A stretch of DNA of 64,000 nt from the human T2T-CHM13v2.0 reference genome, Homo sapiens: NCBI RefSeq assembly GCF_009914755.1, contig NC_060939.1. The stretch is one strand, 5' to 3'. The notes below the pieces were generated by a model. It saw only the letters and a program-made list of their open reading frames with translations, made no database searches and was not told where the DNA came from. The position numbers and the translations under genes are program-made. Shown in pieces: positions 28,001 through 39,433 of this stretch (position 1 is its first letter; every line of letters starts with the position of its first letter).

Positions 28001-28870
28001 CCTTTCAAGACATAGGCATGGACAAAGACTTCATGACTAAAACACCCAAAGCAATGGCCACAAAAGCCAAAATAGACACATGGGATCTAACAAACTAAAG
28101 AGCTTCTGCACAGCAAAAAAACTATCATCAGAGTGAACAGGCAACCTACCAAATGGGAGAAAATTTTTGAAATCTATGCATCTGACAAAGGGCTAATATC
28201 CAGAATCTACAAAGAACTTAAACAAATTTACAAGGAAAAAACAACCCCATCAAAAAGTAGGCAAACGATATGAACAGATACTTCTCAAAAGAAGATATTT
28301 ATGCAGCCAACAGACATATGCAAAAATGCTCATCATCACTGGTCATCGGAGAAATGCAAATCAAAACCACAGTGAGATACCGTCTCATGCCAGTTAGAAT
28401 GGTGATCATTAAAAAGTCAGGAAAGAACAGATGTTGGAGAGGATGTAGAGAAATAAGAACGCTTTTACACTGTTGGTGGGAGTGTAAATTAGTTCAACCA
28501 TTGTGGGAGACAGTGTGGCGATTCCTCAAGGATCTAGAACTAGAAATACCATTTGACCCAGCCATCCCATTACTGGGTATATACCCAAAGGATTATAAAT
28601 AATTCTACGATAAAGACACATGCACATGTATGTTTATTGTGGCACTATTCACAATAGCAAAAACTTGATGGACCCAAATGTCCATCAATGATAGACTGGA
28701 TTAAGAAAATATGGCACATATACACCATGAAATACTACACAGCCATAAAAAATGATGAGTTTATGTCCTTTGCAGGGACATGGGTGAAGCTGGAAACCAT
28801 CATTCTAAGCAAACTATCACGAGGACAGAAAACCAAACACCACATGTTCTCACTCATAAGTGGGAGTTCA
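25061..28870 (+). pseudogene. L1 ORF2p (EN/RT), disrupted by multiple stops and frameshifts
   Basis: MTGSNSNITILTLNVNGLN (endonuclease), [13 protein letters not shown] and [12 protein letters not shown] (RT), CWRGC..HCWWECK (C-terminal) are spread over at least eight ORF fragments. Confidence 0.95.
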
Positions 28871-29584
28871 ACAATGAGAATACATGGACACAGGGCAGGG
28901 AACATCACACACCGGAGCCAGTCGGGGCACTGGGGCCTGGAGGAGAGATAGCATTAGGAGAAATACCTAATGTAAATGACAAGTTGATGGGTGCAGCAAA
29001 CCAACATGGCACATGTATACCTATATAACAAACCTGCACATTGTGCACAGGTACCCTAGAATTTAAAGTATAATAAAAAAGTAAAATAAAAAAGAAATTG
29101 GGAAAGCTGAAAATAAAAAAATAAAAAAGTGAATTTACTTTTTCTTTACAAATATCTCATGAGGGCTCCAATTTATTTTTCTTTTTAAAAATACCTTCTT
29201 CCTATGAGTTTTCAAAGAGGGTCTTTGGGAAACTTTCTAAAGGTTTTTTTTTTTTTGATTGAAAATATCTTTATTTTGTCCTTATATTTAAAAGATAATT
29301 TAGCTTGCTATATGATTCTAAGCTTTAAGTTCTTGTCCTTCCACAATTTGAAAATACTACTCCATTGTCTTCTGATATTTGGTGTTGCTGTTGATAAGTG
29401 TGAGGTCGATCTAATTCTTTTCCTTTCTAGGTTATCTACTTTTTCTCTCTGAAATCTTTTAGAGATTTTAGTTTGACTAAACTTCTTAAAATTCACTGTA
29501 ATGTGACTAGAATGAGGTAATATGAATGCATGTTTCTGTGAACTTTCTTATCTATTTTGGCATTCATTCTACAACACATTTCTT

Positions 29585-30030
29585 TTTAAAATTTAATTTA
29601 GTTTTCAAGCGATTTCTTAGAGGATTTTTCCACATACACAAGAAAGAGACTTATATGTTATAATGAATTCCCATGTATTCATCACTCAGTTTGAACAAAT
29701 GTCAATAAATGACCGATTTTCTTTCATTTATACTTCTGTTGCACCACTGCCACCAGTTTAAAGCAAATCGCAAGCATCACACACTTCATTCATAATAAAT
29801 TTGGCATATCTAAATGAAAAGGACTCATCTTTTTAACATACCCATGATACCTTTATCACACCTAGAAATATTTCAATAATTCTTTAACACCATTTAATAG
29901 ATAGTCTGTGTTCAGATTTTTCTGATTGTTTCAAAGATTTTTTACAATTGTTTTTTTTTCCAAAATAGGATTAAAAACATGATCAAAACATTGTATTTGG
30001 CTTATATATCTTTTAGGTCTTTTAAAATTA
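29585..30030 (-). mobile_element. L1MC4/5-type 3' end fragment
   Basis: ataatgaattcccatgtattcatcactcag..aaagcaaatcgcaagcatca..atgatacctttatcacacct..gtgttcagattttt. Confidence 0.65.
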
Positions 30031-30869
30031 ATGACTATTCTCCATTCTCTATTACCTTTTTAAATCTAAGGGGTTTTTATGCATTTTTTTAATGTCAGGA
30101 AATTTTTGATAATTTTTTTAGCTACTCCTTCTTTTGCTTACATTTTTCTCTCTTTTTTGAATTTTTTTTATAAAGGCATTGACATTTCTACTTTGATCTT
30201 CTATCTCCTTTAACTTTTTCTCTTACTATTTTCTATTGCTCTATTCTCTCCTAATGCAATCTGAGACAGTACCTTAAATTGTTATACTTACTAATTGTTC
30301 ATCAACTGTACCTAATTTGTTATTCAGTCCACTCATTATGTTCTTTGTTCCAATTCTTATACTTTTTATATCCAGTATTTATAACTTGCTTCTTCTTACA
30401 ACTGCTTCTTTCTGTTTCATGCTACCAACATTCTCCATTATTTAAGAGTAATTTCTACGTTTATTTTATGTTGCTCCTTTTCTCTTCTCTATAATGTTTC
30501 AACAGTTTATGGTTTTTCTTACATGCAGACTGTCTCAAATATCTTGACATTTCTCTCCCTGACTTTGTATTTTACTAAAGATAACAGCTACCTTGACAGG
30601 TCATATGTACCCAGGGGCCCAACTCTCAGGGAGGAAAATTTGAGTGACCTGCCTCAGAGAGGAGAGTCTCTGACCATGACTATGCCATCATTCTACACTA
30701 CCCCTCCCTGTCCCCTTCCATCTCTTTTGCACCTTCCTAGACTTTGAAATTCTGTAATATTTGTCTCCATTTGTTGTGATCCTCTAGCTTTATGGAGTAT
30801 GAGCAATGTGCTACTGTTTTTCTCTCTTCCAGTGGCAAATAATCCAGTGTATCAATAATAACAGAAATT

Positions 30870-31600
30870 CATTTTATCAAAAACTGAAATACAATTTTAG
30901 CTACCAAATTGACAAATACCTTAAAACATAGTATGATTTATTACAGGCACGATTGTGCTAAAACAAGGACTCCTGTAAACTTATTTTGAGATTACAAATT
31001 GATGTATATTTTCTGGAGTCCTGTCCTGTATCAAAAGACTAGAAAATGTCTGTGTTCTCTGATCTAATATTTCTATGCCTAAGATTTTTTCCCAAAGAAA
31101 TAAAATGCACACACACACACACACTCACACACACCCATCCATATACACATACATACATCTGTATATATGTGTCTGCATATTTATATATAGGTGTGTGTAA
31201 AGCTGTTCAACAGGACATCATGTATATAAATAACACTAGATACTTCCATTCATAGGACTAGGTCATCCACAACAAATTAAAATTATGTTTCTGATTATTT
31301 TAAAACATAGAAAAATCTTACATAATTTAGAGAAAAAAGACAAAGCTATACAACTATATTTGCAGTCCATGTGTATACTGTGAAAACTTATAACGTATGT
31401 GCTATATACATGCTTTTAGAAAGTACAAATGTAGAGTTTTATGTACACAGCAAAAAGTATCAAATGGAAATACATCAAACTGTTAATAGGGGTCAACTAT
31501 AGATGGTGCAGTTAAGGATGACTTCTCTTTTCTTCTTAATGCTTTATTTTTTACATAGTCTCCTGCGAACATATTCTACTCTAATAATTATTACAAAATG
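30870..31600 (+). mobile_element. L1ME 3' region with CA/TA-rich tract
   Basis: ctgaaatacaattttagctaccaaattgacaaa..tgatctaatatttctatgcctaag; decayed. Confidence 0.5.
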
Positions 31601-31629
31601 TTATTTTTAACAGTGAGTCATCTGGTCTG

Positions 31630-31900
31630 ATAGCATCTCTGACAGATGGTACGCCAGCCTGAACACGTCCAGCGTGTTGGGGTCTCAACATTCCACAGAT
31701 TATCCACTCCATTGTGTGACAGTTATAATGATTAGAAAATGTCTCTTCTATTGAGCCCAAATCTGTCTCCCTGTTAATTCTATCCATTGATCAGAAATCC
31801 TTCTTCTCTTCCGTATGGCGAGTCCTCGGACATTTGAAGACAGCTGTCTTGTCAGCTCTGAATTTTCCCTTAGCTTCTTTAACCATCCCTGGTATGGACA
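31630..31900 (-). mobile_element. L3/CR1 LINE fragment
   Basis: gattagaaaatgtctcttctattgagcccaaatctgtctccctgttaattctatccattg..atttgaagacagctg. Confidence 0.65.
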
Positions 31901-32640
31901 ACATCCAGCTCTTTGGCTCTCAAGTTGCAGAACTATATGTTAGATAAGAAAAAGCTTGATTATCAGAATTCTTTCTGCTTCGCCATAAAGGAAAACTCCA
32001 AGTCTGCCTGGGGCCATTTCTCCAAGCCCCAATCTGGTTTTTATTCTATGCATACCTACTCATATCTAACCATATCTCAGGGCACACCATGAAGTAGCAG
32101 GACTCTTGCCCTGGCTTCATCCATTCCCCCTTACCTTGCCAAATCTCAGTTTCCTTCCCACTGTTAGAATGAAATGCCATCCCTTCATCTTGTTCACAGC
32201 TGAATGCAAGGTACCCACTCCTGCTCTGCTATTCTTTTTATACTGCTTCTTTAATTTTCTCTCCCCAAATCTTATCTCTTTACATTATTAACCAATTTTA
32301 TCTGCCCCTTCACCTAGTATATCTTCACCCAAATCCTGATCACCAGACATCTAGAAGTCCATGAAGATAACCTATGAATAGAACCAACCATTTCTTCCAT
32401 CTTCATTGCAGTTAATCCTATATTAGCAATTTTTTAATTTCTTCTTTAAAATTTTAATTACATTTTAATAATTTACTTACAGAAAAATTAAAGTAGAAAA
32501 CAATATTAAGAGAAAATACTGGATTATGACACAATATTATGTTATAATATGAAACTTCTAAACAAAATTTTGATGGATTCCATAAGCCTCAAAAAGTCAT
32601 TTCTCTATGTACAAAAGAATAATCACTTTAAGCGTCATCC

Positions 32641-33118
32641 TGAGAGGTGAAGCCAGCTGGACTTCTGAGTCCGGTGGGGTCTTGAAGAACTTTTCTGTCT
32701 TAGAAGAGGTTTGTAAAATGCACCAATCAGTGCTCTGTAAAAACACACCAATCAGTGCTCTGTGGCTAGCTAGAGGTTTGTAAAATGGACCAATCAGCAC
32801 TCTGTAAAATGGACCAATTAGCACTCTGTAAAATAGACCAATCAACACTCTGTAAAATGGACCAATCAGCAGAACATGGGCGGGGTCAAATAAGGGAATA
32901 AAAGCTGGCCACCCCGCAGCCAACAGGGGCAACCCAGTCAGATCCCTTTGCATGCTGCGGAAGCTTTCTTCTTTTGCTCTTCACAATAAATCTTGCTGTT
33001 GTTCACTCTTTGGGTCTGTGCCACCTTTAAGAGCTGTAACACTCACCATGAAGGTCCCTGGCTCCATTCTTGAAGTCAGCAACCACAAACCCACTGGAAG
33101 GAGCCAACTGTGGACCTA
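32641..33118 (+). mobile_element. Solo ERV9 LTR (LTR12F-like)
   Basis: Starts TGAGAGGTGAAGCCAGCTGGACTT; tandem accaatcagcactctgtaaaat repeats; AATAAA at 32985; 4-bp TSD ATCC at 32637-32640 and 33119-33122. Confidence 0.93.
32723..32903 (+). promoter_or_regulatory. LTR12 promoter: six CCAAT (NF-Y) boxes, GC box, TATA-like AATAAAA
   Basis: CCAAT at 32723, 32748, 32790, 32814, 32838, 32862; GGGCGGGG at 32878; AATAAAA at 32897. Confidence 0.65.
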
Positions 33119-33219
33119 ATCCCATGATGTTTCTAATCAAGAAAGAGAGAAACAGTTCTCAAATTCTCAAGTGCAGCAAATATGATTCTACTGGATTTCT
33201 AAAGAGTTTACTTCTAGGG

Positions 33220-33522
33220 GGCTGGGCACAGTGGCTCACGCCTGTAATCGCAGCACTTTGGGAGGCCGAGGTGGGCAGATCACAAAGTCAGGAGATTGAT
33301 ACCATCCTGGCTAACACGGTGAAACCCCCTCTCTACTAAAAATACCAAAAAAAAAAAAAAAATTAGCCAGGCATGGTGGCAGGTGCCTGTAGTCACAGCC
33401 ACTTCGGAAGCTGAGGCAGGAGAATGGCCTGAACCCAGGAGGTGGAGCTTGCAGTGAGTCAAGAACTACTGTACTCCAGCCTGGGCAACAGAGCAAGACT
33501 CTGCCTCAAAAAAAAAAAAAAA
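33220..33522 (+). mobile_element. AluY-like
   Basis: ccatcctggctaacacggtg, gagaatggc, ggagcttgcagtgag; perfect 15-bp TSD AGTTTACTTCTAGGG at 33205-33219 and 33523-33537. Confidence 0.95.
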
Positions 33523-33545
33523 AGTTTACTTCTAGGGATTACCTG

Positions 33546-33957
33546 TGCATTAGGATTTTCCAGAGAAACAGAAACAACAGGATACGTATACATAGAAAGA
33601 GATTTATTATAAGGAGTTGCTTCATGTGATGATGGAGGCTGGCAAGTCCAAAGTCTGAAGGATGGGTTTGGAGGGTGGAGACCAAGGAAGAGCTGATGTT
33701 ACAGTTGAGACTCAAAGCCCATCTGCAGGCAGAATCCCCTCTTGCTCAGGGAAGGTCAGTCTTTCATTCTAGTTGAGCCTTTGACTGATTGGATGAGGCC
33801 AAGCCATATTATGGAGGACAACCTGCTTTACTCAGATTCCCCCAATTTAAATATAAATTTCATCTGAAAACGTAATTGCAGAAACATACAGAATAATGTT
33901 TGACCAAATATTGGCACTGTGGCCCAGCCACGTTGACATATAAAATTAACCATCACA
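33546..33957 (-). mobile_element. MLT2 (ERVL) solo LTR, MLT2C/D-like
   Basis: ccagagaaacagaaacaacagga..gactgattggatgaggcc..gttgacatataaaattaaccatcaca; 5-bp TSD (a/g)cctg. Confidence 0.88.
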
Positions 33958-34793
33958 GCCTGATTATTGGAAATAACCTAAATACTCATGAGTGGCATTA
34001 GATGGGCAAATAATAATACCTGGTAGAATATTATGTAGCTACTAAAAATAAAAAATAAATGTTACTGAAAACTGCCTATGAAATAAGATTTTATGAGGAA
34101 AAGCAGACTAGAAATGTGCATATTTACAAAGATAGCCCATAGCCTGCCAAAAACAAATGTGCATGCCAACAGTGAGTAGAAGAAAGTCTAGGAAAAAATT
34201 GGGAGTAGTGGGGATGAGGGTATAAAGTTTCTAAAATTTATAATAAAATATTTCTGCAATTATGATACAAACTGATGATTCAATCATAAGTTTATAATTT
34301 CTGTTATGCCCTATAAAATTATTATTAAGCAGTCACTTGAAAAATATTTACAGGCTCTAAGTATTAGGTTGAAATCAATAAAACTTCCATACCTAAATTG
34401 GCGAAGGATGTTCCAAACTTTCTTATTTCTCTTTAAAAATAAGTGCCAAATCAAAGAGATTTGATGGATTTATTTGAATATGTTCTTTTGATAAGGGTCT
34501 TAGTGATCCCAGGGATAAAAAGAACAAAGGATAGGCATTCACACAGCTGGCTATCTGCTTTTAGAGAAATCCCAAGCCTGATAATTATATAAGACTCGAA
34601 AAGAAATCTTCTGAAGTTCTCCTCTCGCCTTATCTTTCCATTCTCTCATAAAACTGTCTAGTTAGAGAAAGTGGCAAAGTATTCACTTCTGAGTACAAGG
34701 AGTAACATAGATTCCAAACAAAACTCATTTGCAAGAATAAAAACTCCATTTTAAGAGAGCAGGGTATTCTCACTTATTTTCCCTATTGACAGG

Positions 34794-35166
34794 TATTATG
34801 GTCTGAATTTGCGTGTTCCCCAACCCAGCCAAACTCACAGGTTGAAATCGTTATTCTCAATGTGATCGTATTAGGAGGTGGGGCCTTTGAGAGGTGATTA
34901 ATATCATGAGGGTGAAGCCCTCATGCATGTGATTAGTGCCATATAAAAGAGGCCCCAGAGAGCTCCTTCTCACCTTCCACCATGTGGGGATGCAGCAAGA
35001 AGACAGCCATCTATCAACCAGGAAAAGGGCCCTCACCAAACCCAAAATCTACCAGTGCCTTGATCTTGGACTTGCCAGTCTCTAGAACTGTGAGAAATAA
35101 ATGTTTGCTGTTTAAGCCACTCGGTATATGGTATTTTTGCTATGGCAGCCCAAACAGTCTGAGATA
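34794..35166 (+). mobile_element. MLT1A/MLT1A0 MaLR LTR
   Basis: tatggtctgaat..ggaggtggggcctttgagaggtgatt..ccttgatcttggactt..agaactgtgagaaataaatgtttg. Confidence 0.88.
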
Positions 35167-35181
35167 GCAGGGATAGAGGCT

Positions 35182-35857
35182 TGTACGAGTCAGGGTTGCA
35201 ACAGGACCAGACAGCTGAAGTTTATTAAAGACAGAATGTGGGGAGAGAACCAACAGCGAATGTTGGGGTACCCAGAAAGTAACAAGAGCAGGAAGCTGTT
35301 GTTGTCTGAGGCCTAAAGGAGCACAAGGTTACCTTGGGGTTTGGGTCATGGTATCAAAGTCCACTGAGAGCTGGAGCTGAGGAGAAGGAACTCAGGCAAA
35401 AGCTGTAGTCCCTGAAAGACACAACTGCTCTCAGTATCTCTGTGCCTAAGTTGGGAGCAAGTGGGGAAGAAATAACTGCGACTCCTCTCTGCTCTAGCTC
35501 TGCGTTTCTCTCTGCTCTAGCTCTGCGTTTCTCTCTGCTCTAGCTCTGCGTTTCTCTCTGCTCTAGCTCTGCGTTTCTCTCTGCTCTAGCTCTGCGTTTC
35601 TCTCTGCTCTACCTCTGCGTTTCTCTCTGCTCTAGCTCTGCGTTTCTCTCTGCTCTAGCTCTGCGTTGTCTCTTGATGGTGCCTCCCATTAGTCGATCCC
35701 ATGAGAAGCTGGTGAATACGGGTACCTAGATGATACAGGCCATTAGGGGGAGTCTCTTAAGTCCCAGAGCAAGGCAGAGAATGGCAGAGGAAGGGAGAGA
35801 AGAGCTCTCATCTCATGTGGGTAGGGGTAGGAGGCCAAATAGAAAATAATCAGCACA
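35182..35857 (-). mobile_element. ERVL LTR (LTR33/LTR41 family) containing a VNTR
   Basis: Reverse complement starts tgtgctgattattttctatttggcc and contains ctaatgggaggcacc. Confidence 0.6.
35485..35667. repeat. Minisatellite, 23-bp unit CTCTCTGCTCTAGCTCTGCGTTT x8
   Basis: Eight consecutive units with one internal substitution (35612 G>C). Confidence 0.98.
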
Positions 35858-36865
35858 GTGTGTTCTTCGCTGAGATAGGTGGAAGAGGTGAAAAGTCTCT
35901 TCAGGGTTTTGCTTGACTTTTGTTAGGAAATGATAGTTCTCTCCATAATATAATATGAGCACCAACCAAGAGGCTTGTGTCCTCAATTGTGTGAAGGTCG
36001 GCTGGAGTTTAACGAAGAGCTTGGGTCCTCATCATCCTTCACTGAAATACCTACAGGGTATGCTGACCTGGAGGTGATAATTGTATTTCAGAGCCTGGTA
36101 CTTAACACCTATCAGGGTCAAAACAGAATCAGCAGCATCTCACCCAAATGGAGAAGAGCGAAGGTCCCTGGGGCAGTGTATCATGGTCAGCATTTGTAAT
36201 GGGTCACATTTTCCACGAAAGTAAAGCCCTGTAAGTTTTTATTATGCCCAAGCACAGCTTTTATGTTTTATCTTTGCCACCTCCATGAGAAAAGGGAGAA
36301 ACTAATATCCCTTGGTTGGTCAAACCCATGGTGAGGGTAGATGCTCATGGTTCAGAAGCTCCACCTGTGCCATAACACAACTCATACAACTAAGGGAGGA
36401 TGCTATTTCCACTTGTGATGTGTACAACCCCAAAGATGACAAAAGCACTGATATTTAAAAAAATTTCTGATGTTCAATGTCTTTATAAGTGTTAGTAATA
36501 ATCATGGCCCAGTTCAGGCCGTGCTCTAAGAGAATGCCATATTATCTCTGAATGGAGACAGATTTGCAGTGGAAAATGATATTCATATCTCTCTTGGTTA
36601 GATATATGGCTCATCTACTACAGAGCTCTCCCAGAAAGAACTGTGTCTGAGGGCTATCAAATCCTTACCAGTATGAAATAAAAATCCCTGAGTCTTCTTG
36701 CCAGCAACTGTTTGTCAGGAGATGTTCTCAAGGCTCATAGCTTGCCATCTCTGCCAGTCGCTCCCCACTCTCCTTCATAAGGCATTTCTTATTGTGCATC
36801 CTGCTTCTGTAGTATCTTTTGGCTTGTCTTTGATTACAAGTATTGTGATTAAAAATTTTCTTTGG

Positions 36866-37158
36866 GGCCAGGCACGGTGGCTCACGCCTGTAATCCCAGC
36901 ACTTTGGGAGGCTGAGGCGGGAGAGTCACCTGAGGTCAGGAGTTCAAGACCAGCCTGGCCAACATGGTGAAACCCCATCTCTACTAAAAATACAAAAATT
37001 AGCTGGGCATGGTGCCAGGCGCCTGTAATCCCAGCTACTCAGGAGGCTGAAGCAGCCAGGGTTCACTTGAACCCAGGAGGCAGAGGTTGCAGTGAGCTGA
37101 GATCATGCCATTGCACTCCAGCCTGGGCGACAAGAGTGGACTCCGTCTCAAAAAAAAG
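36866..37158 (+). mobile_element. AluS (Sq/Sx-like)
   Basis: Full dimer; TSD AAATTTTCTTTGG at 36853-36865 and 37159-37171. Confidence 0.96.
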
Positions 37159-37541
37159 AAATTTTCTTTGGAATCAGTCATCATTCAAGTCTGCGAACTG
37201 GACCTCTGCTTGTTCACCAACTCTGTGCTTCATTTTCTGTTCAATTCACTTCCAATTGAAACCAACTTTTTTTTTAACCTATCACCCTGAGCTTTGTATC
37301 AAATATCTGCCCAAATATCTTCTTTTTTTCTTTCCTTTCCCTTCAGACAACTTATCTAATCTTTGTGTAAAAATAGTGTTAGATTTACTACTGTTCCCTC
37401 CATGGCTTGATATCATTACTACATCTTACTTTCCTGTCCATTCTTACTCTATTTTCATTTCTTGAGGAAAGTTTCACCAGTATTTCCTGTCTAATTAACT
37501 GCTTGAGGTCTAAGTATGCACTGTATCTCTCTCTCTCTTTC

Positions 37542-37845
37542 TTTTAATTTTTATTTTATTTTTGAGACAGGGTCTCACTCTGTCACCCAGGCTGGAGTGC
37601 AGTGGAGTGATCATGGCTCACTGCTTCCTTGACCTGCTGGATTCAAGCAATCCTCCCACCTCAGTCTCCCGAGTAGCTCTGACCACAGGCATGTGCCACC
37701 ACACCCAGCTAATTTTTGTATTTTTTATAGAGATGGGGTTTCACCGTGTTGCCCAAGCTGATCTCGAACTCCTGAGCTCAAGCCATCTGCTCCCCTTGGC
37801 CTCCCACAGTGTTAGGATTACAAGTGTGAGCCACCACACCCAGCC
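37542..37845 (-). mobile_element. AluJ
   Basis: gagacagggtctcact..gatcatggctcactgc..ctcctgagctcaagc. Confidence 0.93.
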
Positions 37846-38551
37846 TTTCTCTCCCTTTTACTCTCTCTTTACTTGTAGCCATCTCTCAACTATAGATTTG
37901 CAGCTTTTCCTGATGATTATGTTTGTCTAGCAAGCCATGTTACACCACTTGGCTATATTGCCCTCATTTGAATAACAGCCTACAGCCTGTCACTCCCTTC
38001 AATTTCAGCCATTATTCCAGTCATGCCGGAGCATGAGATTTATTTGCCCATTGCTAACATTTCCTGTACTTAGAGGGCATGTACCATACAGTAAAATTCT
38101 AGAAAAAGGTCACTTCTTTGGCCAAGAGTGAAACCTGGTCTTGCATTTAGCACTGTCTCTAAACAACAATTATAGCTCCCTGATCCTGGCCTTGCTCTCA
38201 GGGGTACACAGCCAATTTGTGTGGGTTTTCCATGGAGAGAGAAGATTCCAGGGGAGAAAATCCCTGGAGCTTGCACGTCGTTTTTCATCTAATTATGAGC
38301 ATGTTACTGAGCCTTTCTTGCCTTGTTCTTTGACACTATTTCTGAGTTTTCTAAATTCTTCCTTCCGTTTTCCAATCTGTCAGTATTAAAATGAATTTCC
38401 TTATATTTTTAGATTTTCAGTTATGAGAACAACAACTCATGCATAGTAGCTTCTGGTTTTCAAAGACTGAAGCCCACCTGCCTGTTCCGGCGTAGATAGA
38501 TCTAATCTAAAGATCTTTTTGTTGTCCAAAGATCTGTCTCCTGAAGCTGTC

Positions 38552-38573
38552 TTTTTTTTTTTTTTTTTTTTTT
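38552..38573. repeat. T22 homopolymer
   Basis: Seen directly. Confidence 0.95.
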
Positions 38574-39433
38574 GTGCATTTGGGATGAGCACAGATATCA
38601 AGACAGGAAGACCATGGCCCTGGTATATTACCATCTTGTCTCCAGAGAAATGTAGAAGGAAATAGGTTTCAATTCACTGCTTTCCAGTCTGCCACGTGCA
38701 GCCTTATCCCTCAGAGGAGTGAGTCTCTCAATATCTGGGTCACTGGCCCAGATTTTTCTGTCTCTGTGCTGACTGACCACAAGACATCTCTAGATGTCAG
38801 GATTGTTTGGTATGCAAATTTAAGTAGCCCTCCTTGTGAGGCTTACTGTGCACTTTGTGCATTAGAATGGCATGTTCAATGAAAAAGGAGTGAATTCACC
38901 CTTACAGGTGGGGAAGATGCCAGAAGGGAGGTGTGTCTCACCTGTCAGATGCAACTTCATAAATGCTGTTTGCTGGGATAAGCTCTGTGCATTTTCCTGA
39001 GAATTCTTTTTCTAAGATCAAACTTTTACATGTAACTTGAAAACACGTGTGGTATGTTTGAATGTGCAGAGTGACAAAACCCAGATGTACAATATTCTTT
39101 ATTTCTCTCTGTAATTGAACTCTATTCAATTATTTCAGCTCTCATGTCCTCAGTATTGCTGATACCAGAAAAGTTAGCTAACTCAAGGTCTGAGATTTAG
39201 TCTCTTGGGTAACCATTCAGTCATTTGAAACATTCTCAAAATTCAGCTCCTCTCTCATCTTCCTTTCTCCCTGAGGAAGGCCTAAATTCTGGGGTTGAGG
39301 GTGAGGAAGAAAAAGGAATCTTGACACCGAAGTAAATGGGGTGTCCAGTCTACAATCCTTCTCCTTTCAGATTGGACTCCATGAAGTGTTACTCATTGGA
39401 AATAGTCTCTGACAAATTGTTTTGACATACGTT

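Larger units (their letters stand above)
23670..29124 (+). mobile_element. Near full-length L1PA6 (possibly PA7) with spliced-out 5'UTR (SpIRE)
   Basis: 5' end ttccaagatggccgaataggaacagctcc; ORF1 and ORF2 fragments in the track; 3'UTR ggagaaatacctaatgtaaatgac..aaaccaacatggcacatgtatacctat; A-rich tail; degenerate TSD aagagtaaact/aaaagtgaatt. Confidence 0.95.
20340..30500 (-). mobile_element. Long fragmented ancient L1ME (3'UTR to ORF2 to ORF1), host of MER20, L1PA6 and an L1MC fragment
   Basis: Antisense L1 3'UTR 20340-20730, ORF2 motifs 21000-23300, ORF1-like 29200-30500 (ttgaaaatactactccattgtcttctg); collinear order suggests one element. Confidence 0.6.

Noticed and set aside
23974-28870. 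Active L1
   Set aside because: ORF1 has a premature stop and a frameshift, ORF2 is in many fragments, and the promoter is largely spliced out
32720-32870. Novel regularly spaced repeat array, and minus ORF 32597-32953 with (LIGPFYRV)n
   Set aside because: Normal LTR12 CCAAT tandem repeats
35485-35667. CRISPR-like array
   Set aside because: Head-to-tail units without spacers in primate DNA; it is a minisatellite
36698-37930. Alu-derived ORFs (also at 4229, 43281, 46421, 60321, 63116 and others)
   Set aside because: Standard Alu translations such as LECSG.. and [15 protein letters not shown]
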